Both the position numbers and the translations under genes were made by a program. A DNA stretch of 41,778 nucleotides from a virus: positions 1 through 41,778 of the IMG/VR virus record IMGVR_UViG_3300016484_000878, one strand, 5' to 3'. Shown here one piece after another: positions 20,379 through 28,893 of the stretch. Position 1 is the first letter of the stretch. The number at the start of each line of letters is the position of its first letter. The notes below the pieces were generated by a model, which ran no database searches, was not told the origin of the DNA, and worked only from the letters and a program-made list of their open reading frames with translations.

Positions 20379-21727
20379 CCGCGAAGCCCACCACCGTGTC
20401 GAGCTGGGAAACCTACCTCGCCACGCTCGACACGCCCGAGAAGTTCAAGGCCGCGTATTCCGACGATGGCGACACCGGCTTCAAGGCCAACCTGAAGAAC
20501 TACGTCGAGGCGAAGAACGCCGAGCGCGACGACATCATCGAGCAGGTCAAGCAGACCACCCAGGACACCATCGTAGAGATGTTCCGGGCGGGCGGTCTGA
20601 AGACCGACAACCCGAAGGCCCTGAACTCGGCCCTCCTGGCCGGCCAGAAAGCCTCGATCGGTGGCCGGAACGCGCCCGGCGCCGCGCTCAATGGCACCTT
20701 CGGTGACATCGGCGAGTTCGTCGGCGCTCTCTGGCACGGTAACAAGGCCCCGACGGCCGAGCAGGCCGCGGCGATGTCCATCCTGAACGGCTACTCGGAG
20801 AAGATCCCGGACGCCGGCGGCTTCCTCGTGCCGGAGGAGTTCCGTCAGGACCTGCTCATGCTGGAATTGGAGGACTCGATCGTCCTCCCGCGCGCCACCG
20901 TCATCCCGATGAACGCGGCCTCGCTGACGTTCCCGACGGTGGACGCCACCAGCAACGTCAGTTCGGTGTACGGCGGCATCGTCGTCTACCGCACCGACGA
21001 GGGTGAGGAGTTCGTCGAGTCTCAGGCGAAGTTCGGTAAGGTCAAGCTGGACCCGACCAAGCAGACCGCGCTCGCCTACGTCACCAACGAGGTCATCCGC
21101 GACGGCGGGGGCGCGCTCACCGCGTTCCTGATGAACGCGATGCCGAAGGCGATGGCGTTCGCCGCGGACTACGACTACATGAACGCGTCGGGCGCCGGCG
21201 AGCCGATGGGCGCGCTCAACGCGGGTAACCCGGGCATGATCGTCGTGGCCAAGGAGGCTGGCCAGGGCGCGAACACCATCGTGTGGGAGAACATCCTCCG
21301 GATGTACGCCCGCATGCTGCCGTCCTCGCTCAAGCGGGCGGTGTGGGTGGCGTCACCCGACACGTTCTTCGAGCTGGCCACCATGGCGCTGACCGTCGGC
21401 ACCGGTGGCTCGGCTGTGTGGATCATGGACGCGCACGGCGCCCCGCAGCTCACCCTGCTGGGCCGGCCGGTCATCATGACCGAAAAGACCCCAAGCGCGC
21501 TGGGCGGCCAGGGCGACATCTCGTTCGTGGACTTCGGTTCGTACCTGATCGGCCGGCGTGACGCGATGTCGATCGACACCTCGCCGCACGTCAAGTTCAC
21601 CTCGGACCAGACCACCATCCGCGTGATCGAGCGCAACGACGGCCGCCCGTGGCTGACCAGCCCGATCACTCCGAAGAACGGCGGCGCGACGCTGTCGCCT
21701 TTTGTCCAGTTGGCCGTTCGCGCCTGA
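20375..21727 (+). CDS. Major capsid protein (HK97 fold, with N-terminal delta domain)
   Basis: 450 aa from ATG 20375 (ATGA overlap with the protease). The position, size and sequence pattern are typical. Confidence 0.85.
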   Translation: MTAKPTTVSSWETYLATLDTPEKFKAAYSDDGDTGFKANLKNYVEAKNAERDDIIEQVKQTTQDTIVEMFRAGGLKTDNPKALNSALLAGQKASIGGRNAPGAALNGTFGDIGEFVGALWHGNKAPTAEQAAAMSILNGYSEKIPDAGGFLVPEEFRQDLLMLELEDSIVLPRATVIPMNAASLTFPTVDATSNVSSVYGGIVVYRTDEGEEFVESQAKFGKVKLDPTKQTALAYVTNEVIRDGGGALTAFLMNAMPKAMAFAADYDYMNASGAGEPMGALNAGNPGMIVVAKEAGQGANTIVWENILRMYARMLPSSLKRAVWVASPDTFFELATMALTVGTGGSAVWIMDAHGAPQLTLLGRPVIMTEKTPSALGGQGDISFVDFGSYLIGRRDAMSIDTSPHVKFTSDQTTIRVIERNDGRPWLTSPITPKNGGATLSPFVQLAVRA

Positions 21728-21763
21728 TAAGCTTGACGTCGGCTGACGCCTCACCCGATACAG

Positions 21764-21806
21764 CACAGCGCCCCTCGCTCGATGATGAGCGAGGGGCGCT
21801 GTGTTT
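21764..21806 (+). terminator. Strong stem-loop terminator after the capsid gene
   Basis: 17-bp perfect stem cacagcgcccctcgctc / gagcgaggggcgctgtg with a 6-nt loop, followed by TTTG. Confidence 0.8.
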
Positions 21807-22011
21807 GTGCATGATCATTTTGCGGCGCGAGAGCGCCTTGATTCGTCGACGCGCAAGCATGCACGGTAGATTCTTTGCGCTTGATTTCTTGCTTGTCGTG
21901 TGCTAGTCGCGCGCGTGGTACGCTGAGGCAGTCCAGCCCTGGCCGGCAATAAACCCCCTGCCAGCGGCAATGCCTAGCCGGCATTCAAACCCCGGCAGGA
22001 GAGGAAACACC

Positions 22012-22446
22012 ATGTACAGCGAGGCTCTCGGGCGGCTCATCAACGCCCACTACCCCGCGGACGACGTCTACATCTCGCTGCGCGACGCCGCTGGTGTGAC
22101 GTTCTTCGTGCACGAAGTCGACGGCGCCACCCAGGCCGTCATCACCTTCGCGTCGGACGCGTCCGGCACTGGGGCGGAGACCCCGAACGTCTTCGATCAC
22201 TACTACGGCAAGTCGGCCGACGTCAGCAACGGCGTCTGGCACAAGACCACCCAGGCCGCGAGCGACACCATCACCGCGGCCGACGGTACCGAGGACCTGA
22301 TCGCCATCGAAGTGCTGGCGAACATGGCTCCGTCGGGTAAGCCGTACGTCAAGTGCACCGCGGACGGGGCGGGCATCGTCTTCGCCGTTCTGCACGACCT
22401 GGCCTACGGCCGCGCCCCGCAGAACCTTCGGAGCGTGACCGCGTGA
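22012..22446 (+). CDS. Virion-module hypothetical protein
   Basis: ATG 22012 follows GGAGAGGAAAC; 144 aa. Confidence 0.75.
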   Translation: MYSEALGRLINAHYPADDVYISLRDAAGVTFFVHEVDGATQAVITFASDASGTGAETPNVFDHYYGKSADVSNGVWHKTTQAASDTITAADGTEDLIAIEVLANMAPSGKPYVKCTADGAGIVFAVLHDLAYGRAPQNLRSVTA

Positions 22447-22910
22447 GCGTTCTCGACAGCGGCGCGGGGATGCTCAAAAGCGTCCTCGGCCTCAAGGTCT
22501 CGCGCGCGACGGCGGCCCTCCCGGCCACCACTCAGGCGGCGATCTTCAACATCAACACCGGGCGCGTCATCGTTACTTCGCTGGTCGGCTCGGTGACTAC
22601 CGCCATCCAGAACCAGGCGTGCACCGTCAAGGTGACCGGCAATCCCACCGCGGGCACCGACGTGGATCTGTCCGCGGTCAGCGCCTCGATCGCCGCCAAG
22701 GAGGTGGGGTCGATCTTCGTCCTGCCCGCCGCCGCGGCAACCGCCCTGGCCGTGGGTAACGCGGGCGGGGAGCGGCTTCAGATCGGCGTGGGTGTCGTGC
22801 TGAACCCGGGCACGCTCGATCTCGTCACCTCAGCCACGAACACCGGCTCGGTCAAGTGGGACATCACGTACGTTCCGCTCGACGCCGGCGCGTCGATCAC
22901 CGCGGCCTGA
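22443..22910 (+). CDS. Virion-module hypothetical protein
   Basis: GTG 22443 in a GTGA overlap; 155 aa, Ala/Thr/Val-rich and beta-type. Confidence 0.7.
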   Translation: MSVLDSGAGMLKSVLGLKVSRATAALPATTQAAIFNINTGRVIVTSLVGSVTTAIQNQACTVKVTGNPTAGTDVDLSAVSASIAAKEVGSIFVLPAAAATALAVGNAGGERLQIGVGVVLNPGTLDLVTSATNTGSVKWDITYVPLDAGASITAA

Positions 22911-22926
22911 GCAGGAAGGTAGCCAC

Positions 22927-23355
22927 GTGGCGAACGCACTTTTCACCCCGGCCGCCGAAGGCTTCATCGACGGCACGATCGATCTCGATACCGCCGTCAT
23001 CAAGGCCGCGTTCGTCCGTGGCTACACCTTCAGCGCGGCGCACAAGTTCGTGTCCGAAGTCGTGGCCACGGGCACGCTCAACGGCACGAGCGCCGCGCTG
23101 GCGAACAAGACGGTGACCGGCGGCGTCTTCGATGCCGATGACACCGTCATCACCACCACGGCATCGGCCAGCAACCACGGCATCCTGCTGTTCCAAAGCA
23201 GCGCCGTCACCGGCGGCGCCGACGTGGCGAACACGGCGCAGCGCGTCATCGCCTACTACGACACCGGCACCGGCCTCCCTGCTCAGCCGGGTACTGGCGA
23301 CACCCCGGTGACGTGGTCCTCGGGCACCTCCCGCATCTTGCGCGTCAACGCGTAG
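22927..23355 (+). CDS. Virion-module hypothetical protein
   Basis: 142-aa ORF with a GTG start preceded by GGAAGG. Confidence 0.72.
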   Translation: MANALFTPAAEGFIDGTIDLDTAVIKAAFVRGYTFSAAHKFVSEVVATGTLNGTSAALANKTVTGGVFDADDTVITTTASASNHGILLFQSSAVTGGADVANTAQRVIAYYDTGTGLPAQPGTGDTPVTWSSGTSRILRVNA

Positions 23356-23364
23356 GCCCGGCCG

Positions 23365-24462
23365 ATGGCGAACCTGTTCACCAGCCAGACGCCATCCTCG
23401 ACGAACAACTCTGACGGCACGCCCGGCATCACGTCCGGCATGACCGTCACGTTCGCCGAGGATGGCGTGGTGAACGGTGTCCGCATCTTCACCACCACCA
23501 CCGTCGGCGGAACCTACACGGGTGCGCTCTGGCAAGTCACCTCCTCCGACCCGGGCACGGGCTCCCTGCTCGCCAGCAAGACCTACAGCGGCGGCACCCC
23601 GGCCGGCGGCGCCTGGCTGGATATCGTCTTCGACACCCCCGTAGTCGTTACCGCGGGCACCACCTACCGCGTCGGCGTGTTCAACAACCAGGGGCGCTAC
23701 GTCGCCACCCTCTCGTTCTTCGGCTCACCGCTGACGAACAACGGGATCACCGCTCCCGCGCACAACGGGACGGCGGGCGGCTTCACCGTCAGCCAGGGTG
23801 TCTTTCGCATCGACTCGGCGATCGGCTACCCGAACAGCCCCGGCGGGGGCGGCACGAACTACTTCGTCGACGTCGATTACGTCATCGACGATGACACCGT
23901 CGCGCCCGACGGCCTGGCCGTCCCGGTAGGCCTCGGTGCTCCGTCGGTCAACGCCGCGCTCACCGTGGCGCCGAATGGGCTCGGCGTGCCCGTCGTGCTC
24001 GGCGCTCCCGCCGCGGGTGTCGCGGGTGCCACCACGCCGAACGGGCTCGGGATCGTGGTAGGCCTCGGTGCGCCGTCCACCACTCTGGCCGCAGCCGCAC
24101 CCGACGGGCTGAGCGTGCCTGTGAGCCTCGGGGCACCGTCGGTGGTCACCGCGTACACCGTGGCGCCGAACGGGCTCGGGGTGGCCGTCGGACTGGGTGC
24201 GCCGGCCATCATCCGCAGCGCCGCACCCGACGGGCTGGCCGTGCCCGTCTCGCTCGGGGCGCCCGTGGTCGGCCAGGCCTCGGGTGGCGGAGGGTGGCAT
24301 GACTTCGGCGGGATCATCGATGGCGCCCTGGCTGACGCGGCAGTGAACGCCGAGCGTCGACGCAACCCCATCGAATGTCCCGAGCACGGTTGGCCACTCG
24401 AAATCACTCCGCGCGGCAGGCATTGTCAGTTCGGCGGACATGTTGTCATCGGAGGATGGTAA
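23365..24462 (+). CDS. Structural protein: DUF4082-like N-domain + 6 tandem repeats + C-terminal zinc-ribbon-like motif
   Basis: The N-terminus resembles DUF4082 (GVRIFTTT...GALW...AGGAWLDIVFDTPVVVTAGTTYRVGVF). The repeats are AP(D/N)GLxVPVxLGAP. The C-terminus is CPEHGW...HCQFGGH. Confidence 0.7.
   Translation: MANLFTSQTPSSTNNSDGTPGITSGMTVTFAEDGVVNGVRIFTTTTVGGTYTGALWQVTSSDPGTGSLLASKTYSGGTPAGGAWLDIVFDTPVVVTAGTTYRVGVFNNQGRYVATLSFFGSPLTNNGITAPAHNGTAGGFTVSQGVFRIDSAIGYPNSPGGGGTNYFVDVDYVIDDDTVAPDGLAVPVGLGAPSVNAALTVAPNGLGVPVVLGAPAAGVAGATTPNGLGIVVGLGAPSTTLAAAAPDGLSVPVSLGAPSVVTAYTVAPNGLGVAVGLGAPAIIRSAAPDGLAVPVSLGAPVVGQASGGGGWHDFGGIIDGALADAAVNAERRRNPIECPEHGWPLEITPRGRHCQFGGHVVIGGW
23902..24264 (+). 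repeat. Six in-frame tandem repeats of about 60-69 nt (20-23 aa)
   Basis: APDGLAVPVGLGAPSV / APNGLGVPVVLGAP / PNGLGIVVGLGAP / APDGLSVPVSLGAP / APNGLGVAVGLGAP / APDGLAVPVSLGAP. Confidence 0.85.
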
Positions 24463-25517
24463 TGCGTGCCCCATACACCACCGTCGAACGCGTCATGCGT
24501 GCCGCCGACATCAAATCAACGGCGTACGCCACGAACGAAATCCTCGACGCCATTCTGAGCGCGTCGGAATCCGTCGACAGGCTGGTGCGCCTCGGCGATG
24601 AGACCCGTCCGGGATTCGCTCCGTGGGTCGGTGCGATCACATTCGACTGGCCTGTGGCGAACAACAGCCGTGGCTATCGCTTCAACCTCAATCAGTTCCG
24701 CCTGAATGAGCTGACGTCGCTCGTGTCGGGCGGGGACTCGATGACCGGGCAGACCCTGCCCTGGCCGAGCTACGGGCCGCCGTTCTCCGCCATCGAGATC
24801 GATCAGGCGGGGAGCGATTCGCTCGACTACCGCTCGGGAGTCGGTCAGCGCTCGCTCGTGGTGAGCGGGACATGGGGAGTGCTCGGGAGCACGAGCGAGC
24901 GCTCGACGTGGACGCTCGGGGCGAGCGTCTCGGCGAGCGCTGGCACGCTCCTGCTCAACGCTCCGATCGGGGTGGGCTCGATCGTCTCGCTCGGTAGCGA
25001 GCGGGTGATCGTGAGCGCGCGCTCGTGGGTATCGAGCGGCCAGACTTCGAGCGGAGCGCTCGCCGCCGCGGTCAACGTGCAGAGCGTGAGCGTGAGCGAT
25101 GGGTCTGCTTTCCTGGCTGGGGAGGAGGTCATCGTGGACAGCGAGCGCATGCTGATCCGCGAGATCGTCGGTAACACGCTCAACGTGCAGCGGGCGACGA
25201 GCGGCACCACCCTAGCCGCCCATCTGGCCGGCGCCACGGTGTATTGGGCGCGCTCGTGCGAGGTGGAGCGGGGAGCGCTCGGCACCACGGCAGACTCCCA
25301 CACCTCGGGGAGTGCGCTCGGCATCTACCGGGCGCCGGATCTGGCCGAGCAGCTCACCATCGCGTACGCGCTCGACAGGCGTGCTCAGGAGAGCGCTGGC
25401 TACGCTCGCACGATCGGCCAGGGCGAGAGCGAGCGGCAGGTGAGCGGCCGCGGGATCGCCGAGCTGGAGAAGCGGATCGTGGCAGCGTACGGGCGCATCA
25501 GGTACCGGGCGATCTAA
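24462..25517 (+). CDS. Virion protein (possible head-tail connector/adaptor)
   Basis: 351 aa from ATG 24462 (TAATG overlap). The function is inferred from position only. Confidence 0.7.
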   Translation: MRAPYTTVERVMRAADIKSTAYATNEILDAILSASESVDRLVRLGDETRPGFAPWVGAITFDWPVANNSRGYRFNLNQFRLNELTSLVSGGDSMTGQTLPWPSYGPPFSAIEIDQAGSDSLDYRSGVGQRSLVVSGTWGVLGSTSERSTWTLGASVSASAGTLLLNAPIGVGSIVSLGSERVIVSARSWVSSGQTSSGALAAAVNVQSVSVSDGSAFLAGEEVIVDSERMLIREIVGNTLNVQRATSGTTLAAHLAGATVYWARSCEVERGALGTTADSHTSGSALGIYRAPDLAEQLTIAYALDRRAQESAGYARTIGQGESERQVSGRGIAELEKRIVAAYGRIRYRAI

Positions 25518-25909
25518 TGGTCACGCGCATCAATCTGAAGGGTCCGATGTTCAGCGCCCCGAGGCGCGCTGAAGTGATGAACTCGATGAAGACCGGCATC
25601 AAACGAAGTGTCGCCGAATTCGCTTGGACTGCCGTGTCGGGAATCCTTGCGCAGAGCATTCGCAACCCAACGCCTGTTTATCAGACGCAGATCATCATCG
25701 ACAACAGGCAAGATGACAACTGGTCGGTGACCGATCAGGGGTTGGTGAAATACAACTACTGGCTTGAGGGCACGGGGAGCAGAAATTTCCCGGTGACTAG
25801 GTTCAAGGGATATCATGCCTTCCAGCGAGCCTATGAGATGACTCAGGCGCGCGTCGGCCATCTGGCCGGTGTCGAGGTAGGAAAAGCCGTTCGCCGGCTA
25901 GGGGGGTGA
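25517..25909 (+). CDS. Head-tail joining protein (possibly HK97 gp10-like)
   Basis: 130 aa with a TAATG overlap. The function is inferred from size and position. Confidence 0.65.
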   Translation: MVTRINLKGPMFSAPRRAEVMNSMKTGIKRSVAEFAWTAVSGILAQSIRNPTPVYQTQIIIDNRQDDNWSVTDQGLVKYNYWLEGTGSRNFPVTRFKGYHAFQRAYEMTQARVGHLAGVEVGKAVRRLGG

Positions 25910-25915
25910 GATCGA

Positions 25916-26380
25916 TTGGCACTGAATACGCAGCTGTATATGGATGCGCTCATTTCTCACGCGCTGGCGTCAGGACATTTCACGTCGGTGAATTACGTCG
26001 ATGTCGGCAGTAACCCCACCAACGAAGGTCTGGCGGCGATCCTCTGGCCGAGGCGCATCACCCCCGTCGGCGGGCGATCGGGTCTGGCGACGACGTCAGC
26101 GGTGATGACGCTGGTGATGCGCATCATGCATTCGTGGGAGTCTGATCCGCTCGGCGGAATCGATCCGCGCATGCTCGACGCCGTCGATGCGTTGCTGAAC
26201 GCCTACTCGGGAGACTTCACGCTCGGCGGATTGATCGCTGAAGTGGATCTGCTCGGCCAGTACGGCGAATCCCTTCGCTCTGATTCCGGGTGGCTGGATA
26301 TGGGCGAAGGTCAGAAGTTCAGGATCGTGGACATCACGATCCCGCTCGTAATCAATGACGTATGGAATCAGGCGGAGTAG
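25916..26380 (+). CDS. Tail terminator-like protein
   Basis: TTG start 5 nt after GGGGGGTGAG; 154 aa. The function is inferred from position only. Confidence 0.6.
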   Translation: MALNTQLYMDALISHALASGHFTSVNYVDVGSNPTNEGLAAILWPRRITPVGGRSGLATTSAVMTLVMRIMHSWESDPLGGIDPRMLDAVDALLNAYSGDFTLGGLIAEVDLLGQYGESLRSDSGWLDMGEGQKFRIVDITIPLVINDVWNQAE

Positions 26381-26382
26381 TC

Positions 26383-27120
26383 ATGGCGAAACAATCTGGT
26401 CTCGGTGATTACTGCCTGGTGGACGGATACGACTTCTCGGGCGACATCGGCTCACTCGCGCGGATCGGTGGCGGGCCGGCGGCGAGTGACATCACCGGCA
26501 TCACCGTCAGTGCGATGGAGCGGATCGGCCTGCTTCGTGACGGCGGCATCGACTTCACGTCGTGGTTCAATCCGAGCGTCGGCCAGGAGCACAAGGTTCT
26601 CTCGCTCCTGCCGTACGCGTCGCGTCAGCTCACCTACTGCCGCGGCCTCGGGCTCGGCAACTCGGCGGCCAGCTCGGTGCTGAAGCAGATCAACTACGAT
26701 CCCACCCGCGGCCAGGACGGATCCCTGTCGATCGGCATCACCGGCCAGGCCGACAGCTACGGGCTGGAGTGGGGTGTCCAGCACACCCCCGGCAAGCGCA
26801 CCGACACCGCGGCCACCAATGGTGCCTCGATCGACCTGGGTGCCACCAGCACACTCTTCGGCGCGCAACTCTATGCCCACCTGATCGCGTTCACGGGGAC
26901 GAGCATCACACTCACGCTAGAGGACAGCGCCGACAACGCCACCTTCGCCGCGGTGACCGACGGAGCGTTCACTGCGTTCACGGGGATCGGCGCGCAGCGC
27001 ATCCAGACCGGCCGGACTGCGACGATCCGCCGCTACACGCGCATCTCATCAACGGGCACGTTCACCAACGCGGTGTTCCTGGTGAACTTCAACCGCAACC
27101 TGACACTCACGAATTTCTGA
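26383..27120 (+). CDS. Major tail (tube) protein candidate
   Basis: 245 aa from ATG 26383. It lies upstream of the chaperone and tape-measure genes and has a shorter paralogue at 28038..28445. Confidence 0.6.
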   Translation: MAKQSGLGDYCLVDGYDFSGDIGSLARIGGGPAASDITGITVSAMERIGLLRDGGIDFTSWFNPSVGQEHKVLSLLPYASRQLTYCRGLGLGNSAASSVLKQINYDPTRGQDGSLSIGITGQADSYGLEWGVQHTPGKRTDTAATNGASIDLGATSTLFGAQLYAHLIAFTGTSITLTLEDSADNATFAAVTDGAFTAFTGIGAQRIQTGRTATIRRYTRISSTGTFTNAVFLVNFNRNLTLTNF

Positions 27121-27131
27121 GGGGCGCATAG

Positions 27132-27527
27132 ATGATTGTTCCGAACCTGAATCAGTATCGCACGTATGCGGTGACGATGCCGATCCCGACGCACTTTCGT
27201 CCGGCGACGTGCGCCGAAGTCCAGTGCCGCGCGCACGTGAACGGATGGAAGACAATCGTTCCAACGGACTCGCCTCAGGCGCAGTACATCAGGTCGGCCA
27301 GCGGGCGGAAGTTTGTCGAGACGCGCGCGGCTGACGGCCTCGCCGAATTCAGGTTCGAGGCCGGTCAGCAGTGCTTCGCTGCTAGCGAGCATCGCGCCTC
27401 GCTCGAACGCGATCCCAACTTCACCGTTCGCGAGAACGGCCTCACGCGCACGCACACGCGCGGTGAGCTATGGGTAGAGGACATGAGTCACCACCTCGAC
27501 AGAATCAAGGAACAGAGGGAGGGGTGA
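27132..27527 (+). CDS. Hypothetical protein
   Basis: 131-aa ORF with SD GAGGGGCG before the ATG. Confidence 0.72.
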   Translation: MIVPNLNQYRTYAVTMPIPTHFRPATCAEVQCRAHVNGWKTIVPTDSPQAQYIRSASGRKFVETRAADGLAEFRFEAGQQCFAASEHRASLERDPNFTVRENGLTRTHTRGELWVEDMSHHLDRIKEQREG

Positions 27528-27565
27528 GCGAGAATGTCTAAACGTGGACTAGTAACATACTCCAC

Positions 27566-28042
27566 ATGGGATATGCGAACCTCTTCATCGGCCCTGACTC
27601 TCGCGAATGCGGGAAGTGCCGGACCGTCAAGCTTTACGACAGATTCAGTCCCCGAGGAACAGTCAACGGGGTCAGGGTCTACAAATCAACATGCAAGGAT
27701 TGCTCGGCTGCTCAAATGCGTCAATGGGCAAAAAACAATCCCGAGCGGCACGCAAAGACTCGCCATGAACGCGAAATGCGTCAAGTGTACGGCATCTCCC
27801 CTGAGCGCTACTGGGAGATGCATGAACAGCAAGGCGGGAAGTGCGCAATCTGTCGCGAGGAGCAATCGGCGCGACACGGAACCAACGGAACTATTTTTCG
27901 GCTCTCCGTTGATCACTGCCATGAAACCGGTAGGGTTCGTGGACTTCTCTGTAACAACTGCAACCGAGCCATCGGTTTACTGAAAGATGATCCTCAGTTG
28001 CTTGCGAAAGCGATTGAGTATTTAGGAGGGCAGAAAGATTAG
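27566..28042 (+). CDS. HNH endonuclease, endonuclease VII family (free-standing, likely mobile)
   Basis: GGKCAIC...LSVDHCHETGRVRGLLCNNCNRAIGLL...AIEYL. The GC content drops visibly over this region. Confidence 0.85.
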   Translation: MGYANLFIGPDSRECGKCRTVKLYDRFSPRGTVNGVRVYKSTCKDCSAAQMRQWAKNNPERHAKTRHEREMRQVYGISPERYWEMHEQQGGKCAICREEQSARHGTNGTIFRLSVDHCHETGRVRGLLCNNCNRAIGLLKDDPQLLAKAIEYLGGQKD

Positions 28043-28445
28043 CAAAGAGTCCGGCCTCGCATGGTCAACACTCAGTGTTGACGATTCCAGCGGCACCGCT
28101 CGTGACATCCGAAGCGACATCACCAACTTCCAGTTCGCCACGCCGCGCGCCGTTCAGGACGTGACCGGCGTCGACAAGTCCGCCATCGAGCGCCTGCTCC
28201 TGCTGGCCGACTTCAGCATCACGCTGAACGGTGTGTTCAATGATGCGGCGAACATGAGCCACGCCGTCTTCAAGACGGTGCCGTCCACGTCGGTGAACCG
28301 TACCGTCTCGCTCGGCGTGTCCGGCCAGACGCTCGCGAATGAGTGCCTGTTCACCGACTACAACCTCACGCGCGGCCAGGACGGTTCGCTCACGTGGAGC
28401 GCGCCGGGTGTCCTTTCTGACGGCGTCGTACCTTCCTGGTCCTGA
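28038..28445 (+). CDS. Tail-tube paralogue, apparently initiating at ATT (AUU)
   Basis: The frame is open from 28026. The N-terminus SKESGLAW...DVTGVDKSAIERL aligns with AKQSGLGD...DITGITVSAMERI of gene 26383..27120, and the YNLTRGQDGSL motif is shared. AGGAGGG lies 7 nt before ATT 28038. There is no in-frame ATG, GTG or TTG before 28161. Confidence 0.6.
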   Translation: MSKESGLAWSTLSVDDSSGTARDIRSDITNFQFATPRAVQDVTGVDKSAIERLLLLADFSITLNGVFNDAANMSHAVFKTVPSTSVNRTVSLGVSGQTLANECLFTDYNLTRGQDGSLTWSAPGVLSDGVVPSWS

Positions 28446-28450
28446 ACATC

Positions 28451-28471
28451 AATCTAGCACACACGAATCAA
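28451..28471 (-). promoter_or_regulatory. Inverted copy of the 21-bp promoter element (TTGATTCGTGTGTGCTAGATT) pointing antisense into the tail genes
   Basis: 20 of 21 positions are identical to 16069..16089, but on the minus strand, in the 40-nt gap between genes 28038..28445 and 28486..28893. Confidence 0.45.
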
Positions 28472-28485
28472 CAGGGGGCAAAGCA

Positions 28486-28893
28486 ATGAGCTATCAGCGG
28501 AAGAGCTACCGCCTCACGTGGCCCGAGGGTCACGTGAGGCATGGACTCGTCGTCGTCATGCGCGGCCTGTCGATCAACGATCTTCAGATCGTCAGCAGCA
28601 TGAAAGGCATGAAGAGCGACGACTTCGAGCCCGAGCAGATCAAAGAAGTCCTCGTCGTCCTCAGCAAGCGCATGATCTCGTGGAACCTCACCGACGAGGA
28701 CGATGCCCCCATCGCGGTCACGCCTGAGGCCCTGGTCGACGAGGACTTCTCCATGATCATGGAGATCATCACGTCGTGGACGAACGCCGCCGTCGGCGTG
28801 AAGGCTGACCTGGGAAAAGGCTCGAACTCTGGAAGCACGTTCCCGGAGGGGTCGATTCCGATGGAACAGTTGTCACCAAGCCAGACGAGCTAG
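28486..28893 (+). CDS. Tail assembly chaperone (G-like)
   Basis: 135 aa, acidic, immediately upstream of the tape-measure gene. It contains a slippery site near its 3' end. Confidence 0.75.
   Translation: MSYQRKSYRLTWPEGHVRHGLVVVMRGLSINDLQIVSSMKGMKSDDFEPEQIKEVLVVLSKRMISWNLTDEDDAPIAVTPEALVDEDFSMIMEIITSWTNAAVGVKADLGKGSNSGSTFPEGSIPMEQLSPSQTS

Noticed and set aside
21649-21984. Short ORFs on both strands crossing the capsid terminator and the lower-GC region before 22012
   Set aside because: They run through the 17-bp terminator stem and promoter-like motifs. The region is better explained as the regulatory gap between the capsid gene and the next late unit.
27121-27131. ggggcgcatag before gene 27132 resembling an inverted iteron copy
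   Set aside because: It is only a partial match, and it coincides with the genome's usual GAGGGGCG Shine-Dalgarno context, so it is most likely coincidence.
27534-27983. 149-aa ORF in an alternative frame of the HNH region
   Set aside because: The overlapping frame 27566..28042 carries the full endonuclease VII/HNH motif set. The alternative frame is Ser/Thr-rich with no motifs.
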